From assembly GCA_964016885.1 (NCBI GenBank), contig OZ024743.1, forward strand, positions 239,754,001 to 239,818,000: a DNA stretch of 64,000 nt. Reading direction: 5' to 3'. A program made the translations under genes and the position numbers. The stretch comes from Eledone cirrhosa. Lineage: Eukaryota. The notes beneath the pieces are model-generated. The model searched no databases. It was not told the origin of the DNA and saw only the letters and a list, made by a program, of their open reading frames with translations. Within the stretch, counting starts at the first letter, position 1; every line of letters starts with the position of its first letter. Shown here in pieces: positions 14,351 through 31,423 of this stretch.

Positions 14351-14439
14351 GCTGGCACCCTTACCCCTGTATCAGATGTTAAGGGACCCTGGAAAAATGG
14401 ATGGTCTAATGATGGTGATGATGATGGACCCTCCGTCGG

Positions 14440-14730
14440 TTTCGGCATGAGCATTCAGCAGTACTATCAAATGAACACTTAGTTCGGAATTAACGAGTAA
14501 GTGACTATGTATTCAATTGAATCAACGTGACAGAATGTGTGAGAAAGCTTGACTTTTGAATTCCAGATACATTCCATCCAGGAATCTTCTATGCAGTTTC
14601 TGTTTACTTAATATACCTCAGAACCCTTGAGCCGATCCGAGGCGATGGTAAAAAAAAACTTGCACAAGATGTCCCGCAGTGGGATCAAACCTAGGGCTTG
14701 GTGATTATGAAGCGGACTTCTTAACCAATC
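14440..14730 (-). mobile_element. old tRNA-derived SINE (second family)
   Basis: Minus strand has an A-box-like tggttaaga and a B-box-like ggtttgatccc. Related decayed sequence near 620-860. Confidence 0.5.
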
Positions 14731-14914
14731 AGGTGATGGTGATGAGGGTGATGATGATCAGATGATTATGACAGAAATATATATGATTAACATCCTCATC
14801 ATTATCGTCTTCGTAATTACGATGATGACGATGGCAAAAATGAAGCTCACCCTAATGTTGTTAACAGTCTTTATAAAGATAGAGTTGCAACTGTTGATAT
14901 GATGATGGTGATAG

Positions 14915-15420
14915 TGAATATTAATAATACCGACAGAACAATCAAGGCCAACAGACCTGATATGAGGACCATACAGAGACAATATGTTTCTTAATTGACA
15001 TGAGCATTACGTCAGATTGTAACATCTCGATAGAGTTCGGAAAGCTCAGTCAGTATAAAGATCTATTAATTGAAATTGAGAAAATGTGGCATCTTAAGGC
15101 CTGTACAATACCAGTGATAGTCGGCGCGCTTGGAATGATAAAAAAGGGAACCAAAAAATATTTAGACCAGATACCTGGAAAGCCATCTCTGTAAGAGATT
15201 CAGAAAATAGTGCTGACTGGTGCTGCCCATGTCCTGGGAAGTGTATTATTTATTTTAAAACCTTGCAAAGACATTTACTGATATTTGTGCTCCTGATACG
15301 TATGACAATTGATTGTAAAATGTGTGTATTATCAAATTTAACCTCAGGTGTCATGTTGACACTCGGCATGATTTGAGAAGAATCAGAATTCAAAGGAGTT
15401 TCAAATAATAATAATGATAA
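14915..15420 (+). mobile_element. 3' fragment of RLE non-LTR retrotransposon (R4/Dong-like) ending in TAA-type repeats
   Basis: IKANRPD....LIDMSI..D.NI....GKLSQYKDL.IEIEKMW.....PVIVGALG. Flanked by (TGA/TAA)n, consistent with Dong-type targeting. Confidence 0.8.
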
Positions 15421-16640
15421 TAATAATAACAATAATCATGATGATTTTGATGTTGGTTTCGACAATGATGATGATGATGGTGATAATGTTGGTACTGGTG
15501 ATGATAATGATGATGATGATGGTGATGATGATGGTAATAGTGGTGGTGGTGGTGGTGTTTAAGATCCACAACAGGCTTATCATATCTGACATATAATATC
15601 CGTGTATTGTAATTAAGATTGGTGAGAACTAAAGACGGCAGAGTACAGAGGATTCGTTAATATCTCACACACTCCATGTATATATATATATGAAGTGTTT
15701 ATGATGCAGAAACCGGGAAGACTGTAGATCATTCTAGTACCCCATGAATATTTAGGTGCAGAGTTCGTAGAGTAATTAGTAAAATCTTAACGGAGGGTCC
15801 ATCTTATGTCGGCTAGCCTGCAAGCTGAATGGCTTTGAAACTGTTTACTTCTAGTGGAAACTCAATTAGTCATAGATTACTGTCAGTGAACAGATGAGTC
15901 GATTAGAAGAATTAAGGCGGGCCTTCTGAAGTTCGTATATGTCTCGATATCCCAGATATCGTTCGTGGGTATTTTACTTTCTCCAGGTTCGCGTCTTCTC
16001 GATTAGAGCACCCAGGAATTATTTTCTCTTTCCCGGTAAGGTACTTTTTCTTCGGTTTTATATAAATGCAATTACCTTGTAATCATCTACATTTTGGTCG
16101 AGCTATATCAATCTCCTCTTGAACGATTGTAGTTTATAGCAAAGTTTCACGGGAATTTATTTGATTCAACACTCACTGGAGCAGCAAAATGTTGTAGAAA
16201 CATCCAAACATCCGGCATTTATTTGAGATACTTTCCTTCTGGTCACTTGCTTAATGCAGACATTGATCATAGGCATACATGATTTCTAATTGGCTACACT
16301 AGAGACAAATTGATGTGTGCCTTGTAAAATCCATGTGTGCCAAATTATCATATATGTATATACATATATATAAATCAGAATGGATGCAGTAAAAACCTGT
16401 TAGACCCTTACTTACTAGAGTACTCGATACTTGGGTAGTAGAGTGTGTATATATAATGATAATAGTAAGTAAAAACGAGGTGTCAAAGTACCAATATTAA
16501 GGTTATTCAGGTGTGACGCGCCTTTCGCGATTGGTTAGCCCAGGGTACGATCCATATTGATCGGACACGATTCTGGAATCAGGATAATACTTTGGCACGT
16601 CAAAAAACATGTTTCTTTGTGGTTGATTGAATGATATACA

Positions 16641-16687
16641 CGTCATCTGATGAGGGTCCAATTAGATTCGAAAATCGATTGAAGATG
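16641..16687 (+). ncRNA. hammerhead-like motif, family E (G at cleavage position)
   Basis: CTGATGA-GGGTC caatta GATTC-GAAA-ATCGAT-TG-aagatg. Related minus copy near 30729-30770. Confidence 0.55.
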
Positions 16688-18329
16688 TTCATAATTTTTT
16701 TTTATTTTACAGGGAAATTCGTAATTTCTGGCATGTTTCTAAGCGTACATATTAGATATTTATATACATTTATACACGTTTGTTCAGTCTCGGTAACACA
16801 CTGTGTATTTATACAGATATAACTTTATCGTGCACTTCGGCTGCTAGCACACCTCTTTATATATATATATTACATTCATAGTATTGTAATAAGTCTTAAT
16901 CTCCACATAATATACATAATACAACTTGATCAGCTGATAATAAACCTTATTCTCTTGTTACAAATGTTCCTTAGCTTCTTATGGAGGAGACAGATTCTGC
17001 AGGTCAGGAGGTTCAATGTGCTGTCAACACCCACTCTAGAGTGGATAGTTTTGGAATGCTGTGGATGATGATAGATAGTCACGCATTGTGACTCGCTCGT
17101 GGTAGATATTACTTAACAAAACATGGCAGCGTACAGATATATTTACCGTTCTTGCAACATGTCTTTCGGCAGCTCATCCTATTTACCAAGCTTCAGCTCT
17201 GAATGAAGCACCGACGGGTGTTCGATGTTTGACATCATGAACATTGTCAACACCTAACAGCACTGTACCAGCTGAACAAGGATGCATTGTTGCAAAGTTT
17301 ATGCTGGAGCTGTCAGCAACGGAACGTGTACGAGATGCAAACAAGGTGATCCATCTATCAGAGATTCACTCATACAGTGTCCATTCTTTGCTTATTTTTA
17401 GCTTTATGTCACATAGGTTATTTCCGGAATGGTTTGACCAATCATCTAAGTCCAATGCAGAGATCGATGTACCATCTTCATTTGGTAAGGAAGAGCATAT
17501 ATTATTCCTCTGTCTCTTAGCCATAACGAAGTTGGTCGTTCGATGAAAGCGTTTGGAATATTTGGGGACATAACTTTTTCCTCTCTGCCCAAGCCCCAAA
17601 ATAAACACCTCTTGAAGTGAGTGAAAGATTATTGCTGAAAGTGAAATCCTGCCCCCAATAATTTTTATATAGGGTTGGGAGAAAGTGAAAAATTTGGCGT
17701 CACTTATTCTAATTATGTATCTGAATGTTACTGACAAGATATCTTTGAATGCCAAACTAAACCGAGATTGTATATGTGGGAATCCCCAAATTAACCCTTC
17801 AGCTTACCGCTTATCATTGTTTGGAGCCATTGTTGTTAATTTGTTACTCTATATTGTGTTGTATTTATTGTTGTTTTTATTTCTCAATGTGTGTTTATTG
17901 TTATTGTTGATCTCACTATTTTACGTGATGTAAATTACCCCCACCGTTTGTGATATTCGTTTGTATTTCGCCTGTCTACCCTTCCCCCACCGTCTTCCGC
18001 CCTTCTGGTCAATGAAAGAAATTATTATTACTCTTATTATTGTTTTGGCGTGAACGGACATATTGTCAAACATTTCCTCAGGGATTGGTTTGATGCCAAG
18101 TTTATTGAATAAAAATTATTCTATTTTTGGATTATTTTCAAGCTTAGAACTTTCCAAATTTGTGGACGCTTACATCGATACTTGCGGTTTACACAAAAGA
18201 CCTGTTTGATGCATCTTATATTTTATTTTTTTGCATTTTAATGTGTGTTTTTTTTTATTCTAGAGATGCAGGAAGATACCCCTTCCCACAAAAATGCTAT
18301 TATGAACTAACAACATAAAGAATTAACAG

Positions 18330-19400
18330 AAAAAGCTAACAGGCTCAATTAAAGAGGGAAATACATGCTCTTTATCAAATGCAAATATATCGACATTAAC
18401 AAATGAAAATAACATTTTGCAAACAATGTTATTAAAAAGAACCAATAATCTATTACCCAAATTCAAAACAAAAATATGTCAAAGTATATCACAAAATAAA
18501 TCTTCTCTTGCCTGAGGAATTCATGCGAGAACGGGCAGCGACGCCATTAACTTACTTCTGCTTTTCGATGAAATTTCCAGTTGTGCTCGAAAGAATAGTT
18601 GGAAACATCCTAAGTAATGTAAAGGACCGCATTTCCGATATTCATTACATCATTGCATATAATAGTGCATATTTGTTACATATGAAGCAGAGTACGAATT
18701 TGTGAAGAACACCGGGCAAACCAAAAATTACATGTGGTCTTATTATGGATATTAAGGTGCTAGCAAAGCACGAAGACAAAAAAGCTAATTCTGACCTTGA
18801 CACTTTGTAGGTAAAGAAAGAAAAGTGATCTGACTTGGTGGATTCAAGCAGAATTATGATGTTATGTGAGAGCCAGTAAGAGCCAGTTGAGATCTCTCCA
18901 ATTAGAGAAGTTACAGTGGACAAAGAAAATGAGCAACAGAACAGACTGCGCTAACAAAACAAAAATGGTCACAAAAATTATTTTTCCAGCTCATCATCAC
19001 TTGTATCACAACTTTACAGCTTATATCATAGTAATAGAAACTGTCCTGTCTTCAGTGCCAGCAATTACATACCAAGATTCCCTCCTTTCGATAGGGAAGA
19101 CATACAGAATGAACAAAGGTTACAAACATCCAGGAATAATCGAAAAAAAAAGGAAAAATACCCCCAAAGAAAAATAAAATAGAACATGCGGGAAGGGAAA
19201 GTGCACATTTCTTCTTTGGAATGTATGAAGTTCACGGTCATTTGAATAATGAACGAGGCACTGAGGAACAATTTGAAATAAATAAAAGAAGATTAAATCA
19301 AAACATAAAGCGATGATGCTAAAGGAAATGGGTATCAATTTTATGAATCACGAAAGAGAGACATATGGAGAAAACCACATTAAAGAGCTATGAAATGAAT
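18330..19400 (+). mobile_element. heavily decayed APE-type LINE endonuclease region
   Basis: Traces of YIDI, (I)SAY and KVI*LGGF (like ILLGDFN) motifs in the expected order, with many stops. Confidence 0.3.
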
Positions 19401-19512
19401 AAAGCTGTTTCTCAAATATTTATTAGCATTGATTTTTATTATAGTTATTTAATTTAGATCGAAAACATTTCATATGTTACCAATAATTTAACCATTTTTA
19501 TATACAGAGAGT

Positions 19513-19608
<96 letters not shown>

Positions 19609-19790
19609 GAGAGAAATGCAGGTGGGTTTCATGATATACATATCAACACTTCTAAAAGGAAGATTTTTCTTTATAAGTACTCATTAAATAGTTAGCAATC
19701 AATTACGGTTATAACAACAATGATTCCGTGAAACAAATAAGACGGAATGATGATTGTCGATTACACACAAGCATATATATGCACACACAC

Positions 19791-19863
<73 letters not shown>

Positions 19864-19873
19864 ATATATATAC

Positions 19874-19944
<71 letters not shown>

Positions 19945-19948
<4 letters not shown>

Positions 19949-20500
19949 CTTTCCCGTCGCCACAGTGCCGGCCACCTTCCACGCCATGATGCCCTCAACG
20001 AGGTCACAAAGCATGGCTTGGGCGCTGCAGGCTTCCCTTCCCAGCTCGAGCCGGTGGGGCTGGACCGAGGGGACGGCAGAAGGCCAGATGGCATGACCAT
20101 CTTCACGTTCTACAGTGGCAAACCCCTCGTCTGGTATGCCACTTGCACCAACACTTTCTGCAGCCGCAACCTGGTGCAGTTGCGACTAACCCAGGTTCTG
20201 CTGCACGTCGGGCTGAGGAGGCCAAGCTCTTCAAGTACCGGTCGCTCTCCGACAGGTTTGCGGTTGTACCCTTGGCAGTGGAGACTTCTGATGTCCTCGG
20301 CTCTAGGGCTATCTGCCTACTCACCACCCTAGGCGCTGAGCTGCCCAGCCGCAGGTGTGAGCACCGCGAGTTGGAATGGCTTTTCCAGCGCATCTGCCTT
20401 GCCGTCTTCCGGGGAAATGCCCTCTCCATTCTGTCTGCCGGGGCTGTGGGGAGGCCACCAATATAATTGACTGGCTTGTCATTTAATTAGTTATGTATTT
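19945..20500 (+). mobile_element. 3' fragment of CRE-like RLE non-LTR retrotransposon
   Basis: GC-rich island. [17 protein letters not shown]....GKPLVW.AT, then AE..K..KY......F.VVP.AVET.....FQR...AV.RGNA, with one frameshift. Confidence 0.85.
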
Positions 20501-21110
20501 GTTGGTCTTAAACGATATCAGCTGAATGTTGAGCTTATAAAACTAATCAAGTAGTTGAAATCTTCCATATACAGATAGGGAGGTAGATATTTCTTCCTTT
20601 ATTTACTATTAGTGTTTTCAAATATAGGTACAATTGATTCAGTCACTGTATTCAGAAATTTAAGAATAAGATAAGCTGTTACCGTGTGACGAGTGCTTAC
20701 TTAGAAAAACAAACATCCGTTCATATTTAAATACAAACATACGTACACACGTACGTAAATAGATACGTACCTAGACAAATGCGCACTTACGCATGTACAT
20801 GACAAACCAATTGCAATCGTTCGTGCGTGCACGTACACTTGTACACACAAGAGAAAGCTTCAAAGTCATTCGAAAATATATACATTAACGGGAATAATTA
20901 CACACGTACACATATGCAGACATATACATGTAAATGTAAATACCAAAACGCATACATGCAAACACACACACACACGCACACATGTATATATAAATATATA
21001 ATCACAAACACATATACATATATATGAATATATATTTTAGTTACCAAGGCAATGAAACATACATATATATATATATAATGATGAATGAAAAATGGCGTGC
21101 TGCGTTGTTG

Positions 21111-21172
<62 letters not shown>

Positions 21173-21177
21173 CATAT

Positions 21178-21765
21178 ATTATTATACTTTGGGAGGGTCA
21201 TGTTGCCAAAAGAAACACACGCACCAGTTGCTTTCACTCCAATTTATTATAAATAAAATTTATAAATTTCCGGTTGGTTGGTTGGTTCCATAACCGGACG
21301 GTTTTTCATATATTGTCAAAGTTCTTTCGACACAGATTCTCTGACCACTTCAGTGACTGGGGATTCTTTTCTTGGTTTTGTGCCTCTCCTTTGTTCTGTC
21401 CTACGCCCTCTTGGAAAAGCCATTCCAACTCGCAGTGCTCACACAAAAACAAGATGGCGTAGGAGAGAACAAAGGAGAGGCACAAAACAAAGAAAAGAAT
21501 CCCCAGTCACTGAAGAGGTAACAGAATATATGGCGAAAGAACTTTGACAATATATGAACAACCGTCCGGTTGTGGAACCGACCAACCAACCGGAAATTTA
21601 TAAATTCTTAAATTTATAAATTTAATTTATAATAAATTGGAATGAAAGCAACTGGTGCGTGTGTTTCTATTGGCAACATGACCCTCCCAAAGTATAACAA
21701 TATCGGTTTCAACACACGTTTTCAGATAAAGAATCTTGCTAAACAAATTCAGAAACGAAATATAT
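21178..21765. mobile_element. palindromic pLTR family F with an HHR on both strands
   Basis: Arms 21178-21410 and 21455-21700 are inverted. gtca-CTGAAGW-R-stem-GAAA-GAAC-TT-tgac at 21315-21357 (-) and 21506-21548 (+). Confidence 0.75.
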
Positions 21766-21827
21766 ACATATATATATATAGATAAAAGAAATCAAAGAAC
21801 GCCTGTATACTCAAACAATTTTTATTG

Positions 21828-21872
21828 GCTGACAATGTTTCATCCATACCGTGGGGCAGGAATCATCAGAGC
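21828..21872 (-). ncRNA. type I hammerhead ribozyme, family G
   Basis: gct-CTGATGA-T-TCC..GGA-T-GAAA-CATTG-TC-agc. GUC site. Confidence 0.75.
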
Positions 21873-22123
21873 GTTATAAACAAAAATATAGTGTTGCATA
21901 TAAGCTCTACCAAGCTTAGTCACCAGAATAATAGATATACAGTACAGGATAATAAGAGGGAGATTGGAAATGAGAAGGATGGAGAGAATGCGTAATGAGG
22001 TTGTTAATCAACATTATAGCAATATATATATATATATATCATCATCATCATCATCATCATCAACATCATCATCATCATTTTACGTGCGCTTCTCCCTGCT
22101 TGCAAGGGTGGGAGCCTATATAA

Positions 22124-22305
<182 letters not shown>

Positions 22306-22423
22306 GTGTCCTTGTGTGTGTGTGTGTGTGTAAGGTAAACAGAAATAAGAAAAATGAGAAAACAAATGGCACAGTCTATGTGAGAAATATATTAGTTTAA
22401 CGCTTGAAGTAGCAGGAAGAGGG

Positions 22424-22459
22424 TCTTAACGTTTCGGACACAATTCCTTTATCAGACGA
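22424..22459 (-). ncRNA. degenerate minimal hammerhead, family H
   Basis: CTGATAA-A-GGA attgtg TCC-GAAA-CG-TT-aaga. Second copy at 30432-30467 (CCGATGA). Confidence 0.55.
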
Positions 22460-22591
22460 TAGAGTTAGGAATCGAAAATAAAATAGAATCTAAAAAGAGA
22501 TAAGAGCAAAGAACGGGAAAAAATTAGAATAAAATGTGGAGATGAGAAACACACGTGCGTATACAGGCGGCCATCTTATAAATATATATAC

Positions 22592-22637
<46 letters not shown>

Positions 22638-22966
22638 AAGTATGAATTCCTACGTGTAAAAAATACATCTAGGGAAGCAACTACCCTGCCTTTTGTCTTT
22701 GCACACGGCACCAGACAGAATTATTTCTTTCATCATTCGTTCTCATTTCGGAATGGTTTTGTATGGCGTCAGTTTGTGATTTGAACTTGGGAATTTTATA
22801 TTCTCGGAGGGAGAGGAAACCTCTGAAGATTGCTCCCTTATCAATGGAAATCCGCTTGGATTTTCCCTTTATTCTGGAGCATGAAACCGCGGTAAAGTCA
22901 CATACAGTAAGTACTGCGAATTTTTTTTTATTTATTTTAAACTTTTTCTCTATTTGTTAGATCTTG

Positions 22967-23008
<42 letters not shown>

Positions 23009-23014
23009 CAAGAT

Positions 23015-23482
<468 letters not shown>

Positions 23483-23485
23483 TAT

Positions 23486-23518
<33 letters not shown>

Positions 23519-23895
23519 ACTATATACATATATTTATACATATATATATATATATACAATTATATATATATATATATATAAATATGATGTATATATATAA
23601 ATGTATACATATATATATATATATAAACACATTCTTATATATATATATATATAAATATGTTGTAATAAAATGAAAACGAAATTTCATTTCTCACTCTTAG
23701 TACGGCACTTACTTAAATGTAAGTATACATACATACTTATATGAATATGCATATACTGTATATATACGTATATTTATATATACGTATTATTATATATGTA
23801 TAAATATATGTATTCATTTATATATATACATTTATGTATGTACGTATATATATAAATATATACATTACATTTATATATGTACATATGTATATAAT

Positions 23896-23965
<70 letters not shown>

Positions 23966-24019
23966 CATATATATATATATATGTATATATACGTATAAAT
24001 ATATGTATACATTTATATG

Positions 24020-24064
<45 letters not shown>

Positions 24065-24373
24065 TTATGTATGTGTGTATGTATGTATGTATATATATAG
24101 GTACACCTACATATATATTTCCGTGTCGGTTGAAGTAGCAGATCCCCGCTGAATTGAAAGAAAGCTGTTCTTGGAAGTTCTCCATATCACAGAGATAACT
24201 CCTTGAAACCTAATAAGTGTAATGTAATGTTTTTTACACATTTTAAATACACGTGTAAGGGTTGCCCAGGCAAGGCCTCAATGTAGCAATGGTAAAAGAA
24301 AACATACAGTAAGAATAGAGGATATTAAATATTCATATATACTATTATATATATATATATATATATAAATATA

Positions 24374-24413
<40 letters not shown>

Positions 24414-24426
24414 TATATAAGTATAT

Positions 24427-24530
<104 letters not shown>

Positions 24531-24565
24531 ACACGCGCGCATGTATATACTCAGAGACGTGTATA

Positions 24566-24649
<84 letters not shown>

Positions 24650-25167
24650 TATAGTTATAGATATATATATATATATATATTGATGAGATGAACCACCATC
24701 AACAATGATAACATGTGGCATTTACACTAGTATCATTGCCGGTTTTTGCCCGTTTTGAAGCGCATATAACTGGTTACGAGAATATTTTCTGGAGAGAAAA
24801 TTCGGTGAAAGCTTCTAATATTTTTTTATAATTAATTCTCCACCGTTTGTTAAATAACTCACACACACATATGTATATTTACATACATTTGTATATGTAA
24901 ATATATATATGCATATATATATATTTACATGCACAAATGTATGAAAATATAATATGTGTGTGTTAGTTACTTAATATACATATACGTACACAATTATATC
25001 TATTTTTATATGAATATATATATACATGTATATATATATATAGTGGTAGAACACTGGAAGGTAATATCCGTAGTGGTAGAGCACTAAGTCCATGGGACGG
25101 GTTAGGTAGAAGTAGTTACACAACAGTTAGTTCACCATACCGAGAACAATTATATATATATATGTGC

Positions 25168-25202
<35 letters not shown>

Positions 25203-25293
25203 TATATATATGTTATACGTATACATGTATATGTATATACACTTATATATATACATACTGTACGAACATACATACATACAAACATACATGTAT

Positions 25294-25331
<38 letters not shown>

Positions 25332-25474
25332 ATATGTATATATATATAAATATATGTATATATATACATGTATATATATATATGTATATATATATATATG
25401 TATATACATGTATATACATATATACATATATATATATACATATATATATATAAATATATGTATATATATACATG

Positions 25475-25517
<43 letters not shown>

Positions 25518-25642
25518 CATAAATATATATATCATAAATATATATCGTTACTCATAAAAATACATATATATTCATAAAAAACAAATTATATATAGATAGA
25601 TAGAGAGAAAGAGAGGGCTGTGAGATAGATAGATAGATAGAT

Positions 25643-25732
<90 letters not shown>

Positions 25733-25922
25733 CAGTACTTAGACGGGGAGACCACATATCATGGGTGTACTCAATCTATTGGGTGGTGCAGAGTGTGTCT
25801 AGAGAAATGTATAAAACCAACACACATGTAAAGGATTACGGAACACCATCCGAAACCGTTACGCGTCTCGTCCGTTTTTTTAATCTTTCTCCTCTATGTC
25901 TCACTCTCTCTCTCTCGTTCTC

Positions 25923-25988
<66 letters not shown>

Positions 25989-26067
25989 AAGAAAGAAGAG
26001 TAACATGGTTGGCTGTACACGACGCGGAGTACTCTAACGGGATTACCTATAACGATAACTTGCTATC

Positions 26068-26185
<118 letters not shown>

Positions 26186-26664
26186 GTGTGTGTGTGTAAT
26201 ATACGCTTACATACATAAATATATATATATTGTAAATATGAATATATATTGTGCTGCGTCTGGGGCGGAACCACACTGTTCATCAGCTAGATTGGACTCG
26301 ACAATCTCCCTGCATCTCTTTGCCAAACGCTTAGTATAGATTCACCGGGTAGGTTTAACAAGGAGTCGGGCCCGATCGATACACATCGAACGTTGAGCTG
26401 ATAAATCGCATCGTCCATATCATATATTTAACACCTCGTCCATATATGTAAATCACGATGGATTATATATATATATATATATATCAGGATGGATTCAGTT
26501 TAGTACTGCTTAGACAGAGTACTCGATACTTGGTGTAGTAGTTTACGGTTATACGATACAGAGACGGGACACGACGTCAGAGTACGTGCCGTTTCAACAG
26601 ATAGTTCCATACAAGCTGCTGAGACCGCAAAGAGACAAACCTCGGGGCCTGACTAATGATAATA

Positions 26665-26850
26665 ATTGTTTCTACTTTAGGCACAAGGCCAGCAATTACC
26701 CAGTGCTTTACTTGTACTTTATTTTATCGACCCCGTAAGGATGAAAGGTAAAGTCAACATCGGCTGGATTTCAACTCAGATCGTAAAGGGACGTAACTAT
26801 GCTGGAAAGCATGGCGTCCGACCCTCTACCAATACTGCCAATCCACTGTC
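26665..26850 (-). mobile_element. SINE-1 copy
   Basis: Same core as 7843, plus the tRNA-like head. Confidence 0.8.
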
Positions 26851-26955
26851 ACTTATGATAATAATATTTCTATACGTATACATATATATATATATATATA
26901 ATATATTAGGACATGTTTATATATATATAATATATTTCATATAAATATATCTTCT

Positions 26956-26991
<36 letters not shown>

Positions 26992-27045
26992 AAGTTATAT
27001 TTAAAATTGTTGGGTTACAACTAGTAAATATTTATATATATATAT

Positions 27046-27121
<76 letters not shown>

Positions 27122-27163
27122 GATGTATGCATATAGGCATATATGAGATGATATATCTATCTA

Positions 27164-27220
<57 letters not shown>

Positions 27221-27252
27221 TTATATCTATATATGCATATATAGTATATATA

Positions 27253-27362
<110 letters not shown>

Positions 27363-27400
27363 TATATATATATTTATATATATATAAATATATATATATA

Positions 27401-27458
<58 letters not shown>

Positions 27459-27459
27459 T

Positions 27460-27644
27460 ACGTAGGTCCCGGGTTGAGTCGGGGATAACCACAGTAAGTA
27501 AGGTACTCAATACATGGCAGAGTAACATTTTTTTATTTTATAGAAGGAGCTTCTACAGGACTAGTACTGTTTCATTCAGATGAAATCTTCCTTATGAATG
27601 AAACAGTACTAGTCCTGTAGAAGCTCCTTCTATAAAATAAAAAA

Positions 27645-27645
<1 letters not shown>
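27460..27645. mobile_element. palindromic pLTR family I (HHR 3' halves)
   Basis: Arms ..gcttctacaggactagtactgtttcattc / gaatgaaacagtactagtcctgtagaagc. Related copies at 46645-46820, 54500-54675 and 63200-63330. Confidence 0.7.
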
Positions 27646-27705
<60 letters not shown>

Positions 27706-27800
27706 TGTAATAAACAACAATAATAATTAAGCTCTGTTGCTTACATAGAGCACTCTTTTTTCCTGGACTTTTCCGACGGAATTACTTCATTTACACACAC

Positions 27801-27850
<50 letters not shown>

Positions 27851-27952
27851 CCTACATTACCTATTGAGTACTCTGAGATACAACCGGTCCTGGTATGGCA
27901 TTGATAAATATGGTGGGTTCGTCAACTCCTTATTATATATATATATATATGT

Positions 27953-28417
<465 letters not shown>

Positions 28418-28424
<7 letters not shown>

Positions 28425-28886
28425 AAGTTATATTTAAAATTGTTGGGTTACAACTAGTAAATATTTATAACTGATATAAAAGCACTCGACAAATATTTGG
28501 AGTATATTTACAATATTAAATATTAAATAAATGGAAAACTATATTTATAAAACCATATTTATTTCATTATATATATTTCGGGGATATCATATTAACAATA
28601 TGTTATGCCTTCATCAGACAAAATACAATATAAACAGTTTTATAGATAAATATATTCGACATACCGTAATAAACATCAACTTCATTTGAAGAGGTTTACT
28701 CTGCTAGAGTAAACCTCTTCAAATGAAGTTGATGTTTATTACGGTATGTCGAATATATTTATCTATAAAACTGTTTATATTGTATTTTGTCTGATGAAGG
28801 CATAACATATTGTTAATATGATATCCCCGAAATATATATAATGAAATAAATATGGTTTTATAAATATAGTTTTCCATTTATTTAAT

Positions 28887-28890
<4 letters not shown>
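28418..28890. mobile_element. pLTR family C palindrome with HHRs 28560-28625 (-) and 28783-28848 (+)
   Basis: Near-perfect inverted arms of ~185 bp centred near 28704, plus a tail. Flanked by (TA)n. Confidence 0.85.
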
Positions 28891-28960
<70 letters not shown>

Positions 28961-29019
28961 CACACACACACATATATATATATATGCATATATATATATA
29001 TACATACATATTTATATAA

Positions 29020-29125
29020 CTGTTTCTACTTTTGACACAAGGCCAGCAATTATCCAGTGTATTACTGGTACTTTATTTTATCGACCCCGTAAGGATGAAA
29101 GGCAAAGTTAACCTCGGCAAAGTTA
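29020..29125 (-). mobile_element. SINE-1 fragment
   Basis: Same core as 7843. Confidence 0.75.
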
Positions 29126-29143
29126 ACACACATATATATACAG

Positions 29144-29177
<34 letters not shown>

Positions 29178-29272
29178 ATATATACAGATACACACACACA
29201 CACGTATATATACAGATACACACACACACACACACATATATATACAGATACACACACACACACACACACACG

Positions 29273-29308
<36 letters not shown>

Positions 29309-29333
29309 TATATATATATATACAGATACACAG

Positions 29334-29364
<31 letters not shown>

Positions 29365-29369
29365 CAGAT

Positions 29370-29404
<35 letters not shown>

Positions 29405-29407
29405 CAG

Positions 29408-29440
<33 letters not shown>

Positions 29441-29497
29441 CAGATACACACACACACACACACGTATATATATACAGATACACACACACACACAAGC

Positions 29498-29528
<31 letters not shown>

Positions 29529-29707
29529 TATCACAAAAAGGGAGGCAGAGAGAAAAATAGATGGGAGGACAACATCACGGAATGGAACGGAATAAATATG
29601 GCTGCAACCACGAGGGGGAGGGGGGCTAGAGGAATTAAAGGAGCTGGTTGCCAGGTCATATGTGGCGCCCCAACTATCCAGTAGACTACGTTGCATATTA
29701 TGATGAG

Positions 29708-29744
<37 letters not shown>

Positions 29745-29796
29745 TCTCATCATAATATATACGTATATATACATATACATATATCATCTGATCATA

Positions 29797-29886
<90 letters not shown>

Positions 29887-30163
29887 TCTCATCATAATAT
29901 ATATGTATATATATATATATATCCTTTCCATACACTGTACCGATTGTGTTGTTATTTCTATCTACCTTTTACACACACACACATATATATATATATGCGT
30001 ATTTGTACATATATATATCCATATGTATAAGTATATGCCTATGTATATACATGTATACATGTATATACATGCATTTTTGTATATGTATATATGCATATAT
30101 ATGCATATATATATATGTGTGTGAGTGTGTGTGTGTGTGTGTGTGTATGTTATATGTATATGC

Positions 30164-30323
<160 letters not shown>

Positions 30324-30564
30324 TATGTGTGTCTGTGTGTGTGTGTAATATGTAAAGAGAAATAAAAACACAATCAGTACAGTATATGGAAGGGATATAT
30401 TAGGTTAACGCTTGATATAGCAGGAAGAGGGTCTTAACGTTTCGGACGGTAGACCTTCATCGGAAGAAAGAATGAGAAATAAGATAGATTGAGGGGACGG
30501 GCGGGATGGAATTGGAAAAAATGTCTTTAGATAAAAATAACAGGTCCATTCATGTTGACATCTC

Positions 30565-30599
<35 letters not shown>

Positions 30600-30777
30600 T
30601 GTGTGAAATTATATATGTATAAATACAGACTGGGTAATAGAGACTGCACCAATATGTATATAAGTATACAAATAGATAGTAATTACGCATGCTAATATGC
30701 CAAAAAGAGGAATTTCTTTGCAAATATACCTCATCAATCGATTTTCTGAGCTAATTGGGCCCTCTTCACACACACAC

Positions 30778-30817
<40 letters not shown>

Positions 30818-31386
30818 GGGTATGTGTATGTGTATGCAAATGTGTGTGTGTGTATGTATGTGTGTGTGTGTGTCTGTGTGTGTGTGTAAATTCTGCTACC
30901 AGTATTTGCACTTTTTTAACAATAGTCCACTTATTCTAAGTATGAAATATCTACATTAATATCATTTTTTTTTCCTAAAATATTTTTGATGAATGTCGGC
31001 ACATTGAAATCAGTTCAGACATTTTTTTTTATTACAAACTAGTTCTAATAGGACTTGCAATGCAATGCAAAGATCACCTCATGTCAAATATCATGCAGTT
31101 GTCTAATATCACTACATTACATGGTCTTAGTTGACCAACAGGCGCAAACTATTTATATTTTGGAGCTTGGCCACTTAGACCAACGTGGTATATGCCCGTG
31201 AAACTTGTGTATTATGATAGAAATGTTATTACTGAATATGCTGTCTGATGATGACTTGTTGGTGGTTGCGTGATGGCGGAATTACGTATATATTAATGCT
31301 TCGTGAATATGAATTATGGCTAATTATGAATAAAATTAATTACGAATATGTACACCTGCCCTTTGCAAATATCAGTATACACACAT

Positions 31387-31423
<37 letters not shown>

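Noticed and set aside
24727-24760. Possible Helitron 3' end (CTAG plus weak hairpin, minus strand)
   Set aside because: The hairpin is weak, and I found no matching 5' end or second copy.
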